Source of the DNA: Terriglobia bacterium
GTDB taxonomy: Bacteria > Acidobacteriota > Terriglobia > JAJPHL01 > JAPKYU01
Assembly: GCA_965223005.1 (NCBI GenBank)
Contig: CBDCVK010000010.1
Location: 1,152,001-1,216,000, forward strand
Direction of reading: 5' to 3'
Length of the DNA: 64,000 nt
Shown piece after piece: positions 58,473-64,000 of the stretch. The notes beneath the pieces were generated by a model. The model had not been told where the DNA came from. It saw nothing but the letters and a program-made list of their open reading frames with translations, and made no database searches. The position numbers and the translations under genes are program-made. Within the stretch, counting starts at the first letter, position 1. Each line of letters opens with the position of its first letter.

Positions 58473-58616
58473 CAGGTTTCGGACGATCACTTACCGAGCG
58501 TCTCTGTCGGATCAATCCGCAGCCAGAACAGCGCGCCCACCAAGTACGTCGCTGTGGCCACCCTAATCTGCCACAGGAGGGGACGGACTGCCCAACTTTC
58601 GTGCTACGGTGAGGCG

Positions 58617-58928
58617 ATGCAGGCAACCATTCCGGTGCTGGGATGTCCTAGCTGTGGCTCTCAGGCCGTGATCTATAGCTGCGAGCCTAAGTGTTGCTTC
58701 AATCACATTTGCAGTGATTGTCACACGAGCTTCGAACTGGAGACGTCTGACACAGGGCGAGAGCTGGCCGGACTGGAGCCGCCGGAACGCGCCCTGGAGG
58801 CTTGCGATCCCACCACCGAATGCGCCCGTTGCCACAGCCTCACCGTCTACCAGGTGGGCGACGGCTGCGTGTGCCTGACCTGCTCAGCGTTGCTGGAATT
58901 ACGTTATACGGAAATCTCCCCCGCCTAG
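58617..58928 (+). CDS. Small multi-CxxC hypothetical protein
   Basis: CPSC, CEPKCCFNHICSDC, CARC, CLTC in about 100 aa. Confidence 0.65.
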   Translation: MQATIPVLGCPSCGSQAVIYSCEPKCCFNHICSDCHTSFELETSDTGRELAGLEPPERALEACDPTTECARCHSLTVYQVGDGCVCLTCSALLELRYTEISPA

Positions 58929-59017
58929 TCCAAAACCGGACGTGGAGTTTGACTTCTTGCGCAGGGCAGGGTTATTTTGCTGCCACCCCGGATGAGCAGT
59001 ACCACGGGAGCAGCCTA

Positions 59018-59365
59018 TTGCAAACGGAACTGGAGCGTCACGCAGGGACTTTTCTTTTGCGATTGAAAGGCGACTTGCGCCTGTGGGGTAAACCGGACCG
59101 AGGAGAGAACATCGTGAAGGCGTTCCGCTCCGTTTTGGAGGACCCGCCGGGCCGACTCGTGCTGAGCCTAACCGGTGTGGACCACCTGGATACCCTCGGC
59201 ATCTCTTCTCTGGTCAAAATTCTGATCGACTGCTCCAAGCACCAGATTGAACTGCGGTTGGTCATGCCAACGGGATTGGCGGGGGAAGCGGTGCGGCGAG
59301 TGCATATCTTCGAGCCCTCGCTCGTGTTCCCCGACGAACAGTCGGCCTTGCAGGAGGGAGATTAA
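59018..59365 (+). CDS. STAS-domain protein (anti-sigma-factor antagonist-like)
   Basis: LRLKGDL...LVLSLTGVDHLDTLGISSLV; start uncertain. Confidence 0.72.
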   Translation: MQTELERHAGTFLLRLKGDLRLWGKPDRGENIVKAFRSVLEDPPGRLVLSLTGVDHLDTLGISSLVKILIDCSKHQIELRLVMPTGLAGEAVRRVHIFEPSLVFPDEQSALQEGD

Positions 59366-59442
59366 CAAACAGGTATAAGCAGGATATAGGCAGGGTATAG
59401 GCCAGAGGAGAGGGAAGCGACGACGGGTAGATATCTTACGTC

Positions 59443-60219
59443 CTACCGCAAAACACCCTCCAGAGGACTGCTGGCGGAGGCATAGAGACGCCGCGGCATG
59501 CGCCCTGCCGAGTAAGCCAGCCGGCCCGCCTCGACGGCCAGCTTCATTGCATGAGCCATCACTTCTGGCTCCTGGGCCAGGGCCACACCGCTGTTCATCA
59601 GAACGGCGTCGGCTCCCAGTTCCATGGCCACGGCAGCGTCGGAGGCCGTGCCCACGCCGGCGTCCACGATCAGCGGCACTTCGGTAATCATCTCGCGCAG
59701 AATGCGGAGGTTGGAAACGTTCTGGATCCCCATGCCGGAGCCGATGGGTGCTCCCAAGGGCATTACAGCAGCGGCTCCGGCGTCAATCAACCGCCGTGCT
59801 GCCACCAGGTCGTCGTTGGTATAGGGCAGCGCGACGAAGCCTTCCTTCACCAACACGCGGGTGGCTTCCAGTAGACCAAAATTGTCGGGGAACAGGGTCT
59901 TTTCATCGCCAATCACTTCCAGCTTGATCCAGTGCGAGAGGCCCACTTCCCGTGCCAGGCGGGCGGTCCGGATGGCCTCGTCGGCGGTGTAGCAGCCTGC
60001 CGTGTTCGGCAAGATGAAGTACTTCTTGGGATCGATGTAGTCCAGCAAGGACTCGCGAGAGCGGTCGGTCAGGTTCACCCGGCGAATCGCTACAGTGACC
60101 ATTTCGGCGCCGGTGGCTTCCAGGCAGCGAGCCATCTGGTGGAAGCTGGCGTACTTGCCCGAGCCGATGATGAGCCGCGAACGGAACTGGCGGTCGGCGA
60201 TCTTCAGTGCCATATCCAT
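59443..60219 (-). CDS. thiG: Thiazole synthase
   Basis: [46 protein letters not shown]. Confidence 0.95.
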   Translation of the reverse strand: MDMALKIADRQFRSRLIIGSGKYASFHQMARCLEATGAEMVTVAIRRVNLTDRSRESLLDYIDPKKYFILPNTAGCYTADEAIRTARLAREVGLSHWIKLEVIGDEKTLFPDNFGLLEATRVLVKEGFVALPYTNDDLVAARRLIDAGAAAVMPLGAPIGSGMGIQNVSNLRILREMITEVPLIVDAGVGTASDAAVAMELGADAVLMNSGVALAQEPEVMAHAMKLAVEAGRLAYSAGRMPRRLYASASSPLEGVLR

Positions 60220-60393
60220 AGGCCTATTGTATGCCTGCGGCCCCTAGTGAGGCAAACTACCCAGCCAAGCCCGGAGGCCAACGAAGCCCGGAAGCCGGTG
60301 GCAGCCGGGTACGCCAGATCTAGCAGACTGGCACGCCTGTGCCAGCCCGGTCCAATGCGCCAAGGTCCTGGGACACTTTTTGCCTCAAGGCCG

Positions 60394-60436
60394 TTGACCT
60401 GGAACGGGGAATTCTGCTATAAGTTCGTGGTATAAT
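60394..60436 (+). promoter_or_regulatory. Candidate sigma70 promoter(s) for erpA/iscA
   Basis: TTGACC (60394) 18 bp before TATAAG (60418); a second extended -10 TGGTATAAT ends at 60436. Confidence 0.4.
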
Positions 60437-60470
60437 TAATTTGTTTGCCGTTACGAGAGGGGAAGAACCA

Positions 60471-60794
60471 ATGATTCAACTGAGTGATATGGCGGTCTCC
60501 AAAGTAAGGGAAATCCTGGACCAACAGTCGCCTCGTCCGGCGGGACTGCGCATCGCCGTAGTGGGCGGTGGCTGCTCGGGGTTCTCTTACCATATGGCCT
60601 TCGACAACCAGTCCAACGGGACCGACAAGGTGCTGGATTATGAGGGACTGAAGATCTTCGTGGACCAGGCCAGCCTGCTTTACGTGGACGGGACCGAAGT
60701 CGATTACGTGGAAAGCTTGGAAGGCGCCGGGTTCAAGTTCAACAACCCGAACGTCAAGAGCACTTGCGGCTGCGGTAGCTCGTTCAGCGTTTAG
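60471..60794 (+). CDS. erpA: A-type Fe-S carrier (HesB/IscA/ErpA)
   Basis: GGGCSGFSY, NPN...TCGCGSSF. Confidence 0.85.
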   Translation: MIQLSDMAVSKVREILDQQSPRPAGLRIAVVGGGCSGFSYHMAFDNQSNGTDKVLDYEGLKIFVDQASLLYVDGTEVDYVESLEGAGFKFNNPNVKSTCGCGSSFSV

Positions 60795-60833
60795 CCAGTC
60801 CGGCAAACGCTTCGCGGTCACAACTTCTTCGTG

Positions 60834-60891
60834 GCCCTAGGCTTGCGGTAAGCGAGAAGGTTTACCATGGGCCTGGGGCTTCTGTTTTTTT
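60834..60891 (+). terminator. Long-stem intrinsic terminator
   Basis: GCCCTAGGC...GGTAAGC/GTTTACC...GCCTGGGGC followed by TTCTGTTTTTTT. Confidence 0.65.
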
Positions 60892-60987
60892 CCTTTCCTC
60901 CTTTTTGGGCACTACCCTAACTCCCTTTCGCTTGCAGACAGAAAGCGACGGCGATAGAATCAATCTCCCCGATTCTGCATGCGGCCA

Positions 60988-63900
60988 ATGACCCGGCATT
61001 CTCATCGGATTCTGTTCGTCGCGCTGTGGGCGGCAGCGTTCGCCACCGCCGCCGGTGCGCAGGTGATCTCGACTGTTGTCGGCAACATTTCCGCAGCCGA
61101 CGGCCTCCAGGCGCGCGAGACTCCTCTGGTCATTCCCCGCGCCGTGACTGTGGACCAGGACGGCTTTATTTACATTGCTGATGACGGCAGCGGCACGGTA
61201 CGCCGCATTGACCCGATCACCGGCATTGCCACCGTCATTGCTGGCGGCGGGACTGTGGTGGATGACCTGATCCCGGTCCCCGGCAAGTCAGCCTTTCTGA
61301 ACAGCCCTGTGGGGGTGGGTATTGGCGCAGGTCGGAACCTCTACATTGCCGATGACGGCAACAATCGCGTCCGGCTATTGACCCCCGATGGGTTTCTGAC
61401 GACCGTAGTCGGCAACGGCAGTTCTGGCTTTTCCGGGGACGGAGGGCCTGCCACGCGCGCGCAGTTGTTCCTGCCCACAGGAGTCGCAACGGATTCGGCT
61501 GGGAACCTCTACATCACCGACCGCGGGAATGAGGCCATCCGCAAGGTGGACGCCGCCAGCGCCGTGATCACCACGATTGCTGGCGGCCCCTTCGCCAACA
61601 GTTTTAGCGACGGCATCCCGGCCACCGCGGCCAGGCTTTTCAGCCCATACGGGATCGCCGTGGACGGGGCCGGCAATGTTTTCTTTGCCGACGAAGACGA
61701 CCACTTGGTGCGCAAGATTGAGGCGGCCACCGGCCTGATCCGCACCGTGGCGGGTACCGGTTTTTCGGGGACCAGCGGCGACGGCGGGCCGGCGACTGCA
61801 GCCAACCTGCGGAATCCCGCCGGGGTGGCGGTGGCGCCCAACGGCGACCTCTACATTGGTCACAGCGGTCAGGTGCGCAAAGTGGATGCAGCCACCGGAG
61901 TGATCACAACCGTCCTGGGCGGCGGTAATTTCATCCTGAGCGAGGGACGTCCGGGAACGGACGTCTTCATACCGAGTTCGATCCGGCACATGTTCCTGAC
62001 TCCGGCAAATGTCCTTCTCATTGCGCTCACCGGGGACAACCTGATCGGGCAGCTCAACCTGACGACCGGCATCTTCAGTATTCTGGCCGGAGACCCCCTG
62101 CGAGTGGGTGACAGCGGGCTGGCGGAGACGGCGGCTGTCTCCCAGCCACACCTACTGGCCCTGGATGCCACGGGCAACCTCTACATTGCCGACAAGTTCC
62201 ATCACCGGGTACGCCGCATCTTGCCGGGCACCGGTGGGGCGGGAACCGGAACCATCACCACCGTGGTGGGAGACGGGTTTCCCGCGTTTGGTGAAACCAG
62301 CGGTCCGGCGGCCAGCACCTCCATCACCTTCCCGGAGGGAACCTTTGTTGATGCGAGCAACCGAGTGTATTTCACCGACAATTTCCGGCGCGTCCGGATG
62401 GTTGATGGCGACGGGATGCTCCAGACGGTGGCTGGCCTCAGCACCATCGGCTTTTCTGGAGACGGTGGCCCAGCGACCGAGGCTGAACTGAACACTCCCC
62501 GCGGCATAACGATGGACGGCGCCAGCAATCTGTACATTGCCGACACGTTCAACGATAGGGTGCGAAAGATTGATCTCAACGGGATCATCCAGACGATTGC
62601 CGGAACTGGCGAATTCGGCTTTTCCGGCGATGGCGGGCAGGCCACGCGGGCCCAGCTCAATGGGCCGTACGATCTGCTGCTAGACGGCGACGGAAGCCTG
62701 CTGATCGCCGACCACTTCAACAATCGCGTGTGGCGCATGGATTTGTCCACAGGGATCATCACCACCTTTGCCGGCAATGGATTTTTCGCCTATAGCGGCG
62801 ACGGCGGCCCAGCGACTGACGCCGGTATCTCTAGACCCCGAGGCCTAGCCATGGACGGGCAGGGTAATGTGCTGATCACGAGCGTCAACACCGTGCGCCG
62901 AGTGGATGCGGCCACCGGTATCATCAGCACCGTCGCCGGCGCCGGCGACCCGGGGTTCCGAGGAGATGGCGGGCTGGCGACGCTGGCTCGTCTTAGCGGC
63001 GTGCAGGGCATCGTGGTAGACAGCGCGGGGAATGCGATATTTGCCGACTCAGTGAACAACCGCATCCGGCGCATCTCGTCGGTCGCGGTGATTCCACTGC
63101 TTGCAGTGAGTCCTACTGCACTCTCCTTCGGGGCCCTGGAAGGAGGGCAGTCGCCGGCCGGACAGAGCCTCCAGGTGAGTACCAGCAACCTGGCCAGCAC
63201 CTCCTGGACGGCTTCGGTGCAACTGGCGAGCGGCTCGGGCTGGTTGACTGTCCAACCGATCTCCGGCATGACGCCTGCTGTCGTACAGATCGCGGTGAAC
63301 TCTTCGGGGCTCCCCGCTGGCACGTTTACCGGAAGCATCACAATCACCGCGGCTGGCGCAACCAACTCACCTCAGACGGTCTCGGTCACTCTGACCGTCG
63401 AGCCAGGCGGCAATCCAAAGCTGGCGTTGGACCCGCAATTCCTCACCTTCCGGGCGACGCAGGGTGGGGCCGACCCTCCGCCGCAAACGGTAACGTTAAC
63501 CAATGCCGGCGGCGGCGTGTTGCAGTGGTCCGGCACCGTCCAAGCCAGTGGCGGCAACTGGCTCTCGGTTTCCCCCAGCAGCGGCACCGGCGCGGCCACG
63601 TTAACCCTATCGACCACGCTGGGTTCGTTGCCCGCCGGCGTCTACCAGGGTCTGCTGTTGGTGACCAATCTCAGCGCGGGTGAAAGCGTGGCAGTCTCGG
63701 TGGCGTTCATTGTGAGCGAACCGGTCTCTTCGCTGCTGCTGAGCCAGACCGGGGCCTTGTTCACGGTGAACGAAGGCGGTTCGTTTGTCCCGCCGGGGGA
63801 CGTGCTGGTGGTGAACGCAGGCCAGGGGAGCATGATCTGGCAGGCCGAAGTCCTGCCCCTTTCTGGCGGAAACTGGCTGGGGCTATCCGCGGCTTCCGGA

Positions 63901-64000
63901 ACCAGCGCTCCGGATCTGGCTACGACGCTGCAATTGTCGCCGAGCCCGGCCGGGCTGAGTCCCGGCGTCTACGATGCACTGCTGCAGGTCTCCGCCTCCG
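60988..64000 (+). CDS. Large secreted NHL-repeat (teneurin-like) protein with BACON-like Ig domains; runs off the window
   Basis: Signal peptide ending AGA-Q; many GFSGDGGPAT.A.L..P.G...D..GNLYIAD repeats; then LAVSPTALSF...WLTV BACON-type units; not in the ORF track because there is no stop in the window. Confidence 0.85.
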   Translation, partial: MTRHSHRILFVALWAAAFATAAGAQVISTVVGNISAADGLQARETPLVIPRAVTVDQDGFIYIADDGSGTVRRIDPITGIATVIAGGGTVVDDLIPVPGKSAFLNSPVGVGIGAGRNLYIADDGNNRVRLLTPDGFLTTVVGNGSSGFSGDGGPATRAQLFLPTGVATDSAGNLYITDRGNEAIRKVDAASAVITTIAGGPFANSFSDGIPATAARLFSPYGIAVDGAGNVFFADEDDHLVRKIEAATGLIRTVAGTGFSGTSGDGGPATAANLRNPAGVAVAPNGDLYIGHSGQVRKVDAATGVITTVLGGGNFILSEGRPGTDVFIPSSIRHMFLTPANVLLIALTGDNLIGQLNLTTGIFSILAGDPLRVGDSGLAETAAVSQPHLLALDATGNLYIADKFHHRVRRILPGTGGAGTGTITTVVGDGFPAFGETSGPAASTSITFPEGTFVDASNRVYFTDNFRRVRMVDGDGMLQTVAGLSTIGFSGDGGPATEAELNTPRGITMDGASNLYIADTFNDRVRKIDLNGIIQTIAGTGEFGFSGDGGQATRAQLNGPYDLLLDGDGSLLIADHFNNRVWRMDLSTGIITTFAGNGFFAYSGDGGPATDAGISRPRGLAMDGQGNVLITSVNTVRRVDAATGIISTVAGAGDPGFRGDGGLATLARLSGVQGIVVDSAGNAIFADSVNNRIRRISSVAVIPLLAVSPTALSFGALEGGQSPAGQSLQVSTSNLASTSWTASVQLASGSGWLTVQPISGMTPAVVQIAVNSSGLPAGTFTGSITITAAGATNSPQTVSVTLTVEPGGNPKLALDPQFLTFRATQGGADPPPQTVTLTNAGGGVLQWSGTVQASGGNWLSVSPSSGTGAATLTLSTTLGSLPAGVYQGLLLVTNLSAGESVAVSVAFIVSEPVSSLLLSQTGALFTVNEGGSFVPPGDVLVVNAGQGSMIWQAEVLPLSGGNWLGLSAASGTSAPDLATTLQLSPSPAGLSPGVYDALLQVSAS

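Noticed and set aside
59370-59402. Three ~10-bp repeats (CAGGTATAAG-like), one matching 22891-22900 in the island
   Set aside because: A single 10-bp match within 64 kb can arise by chance; the repeats lie between convergent genes with no supporting context.

Overview
A GC-rich bacterial chromosomal window. The gene repertoire (CRTAC1/ASPIC-UnbV, DUF481, NHL+BACON surface protein, paired MacB-type permeases) suggests Acidobacteriota; this is an inference. It carries housekeeping genes (atoB, csp, fumC, bamD, rpe, ubiX, thiG, erpA/iscA) and a ~16.6 kb Wzm/Wzt-dependent surface-glycan locus (38.5-55.1 kb). The main feature is an 8,592-bp island inserted into comM at the NPCP|CG motif by a large serine recombinase (2-bp CC crossover, 14340-14341 = 22932-22933). 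The attachment site lies inside the 3' end of the recombinase gene itself. The integrated enzyme ends ...[13 protein letters not shown] (tail read from antisense comM). The excised (attP) form would end ...[24 protein letters not shown], so recombination would rewrite the recombinase's own C-terminus and add or remove an Ala-Ala, degron-like tail while switching comM on or off. Two later insertions sit in the island: an IS3 with a TGG duplication, and an IS1380 that captured a sugar-isomerase gene, bounded by a CTAGG duplication. Removing both leaves a 4,582-bp mini-element with a lambda-O/P-like replication pair and five iteron-like repeats at 22-23 bp spacing. The glycan locus has two WbdD-like methyltransferases with a shared C-terminal anchor and coiled coils of different length, one extended by an exact 105-bp (five-heptad) duplication. 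All calls come from reading motifs by eye; no database searches were run.
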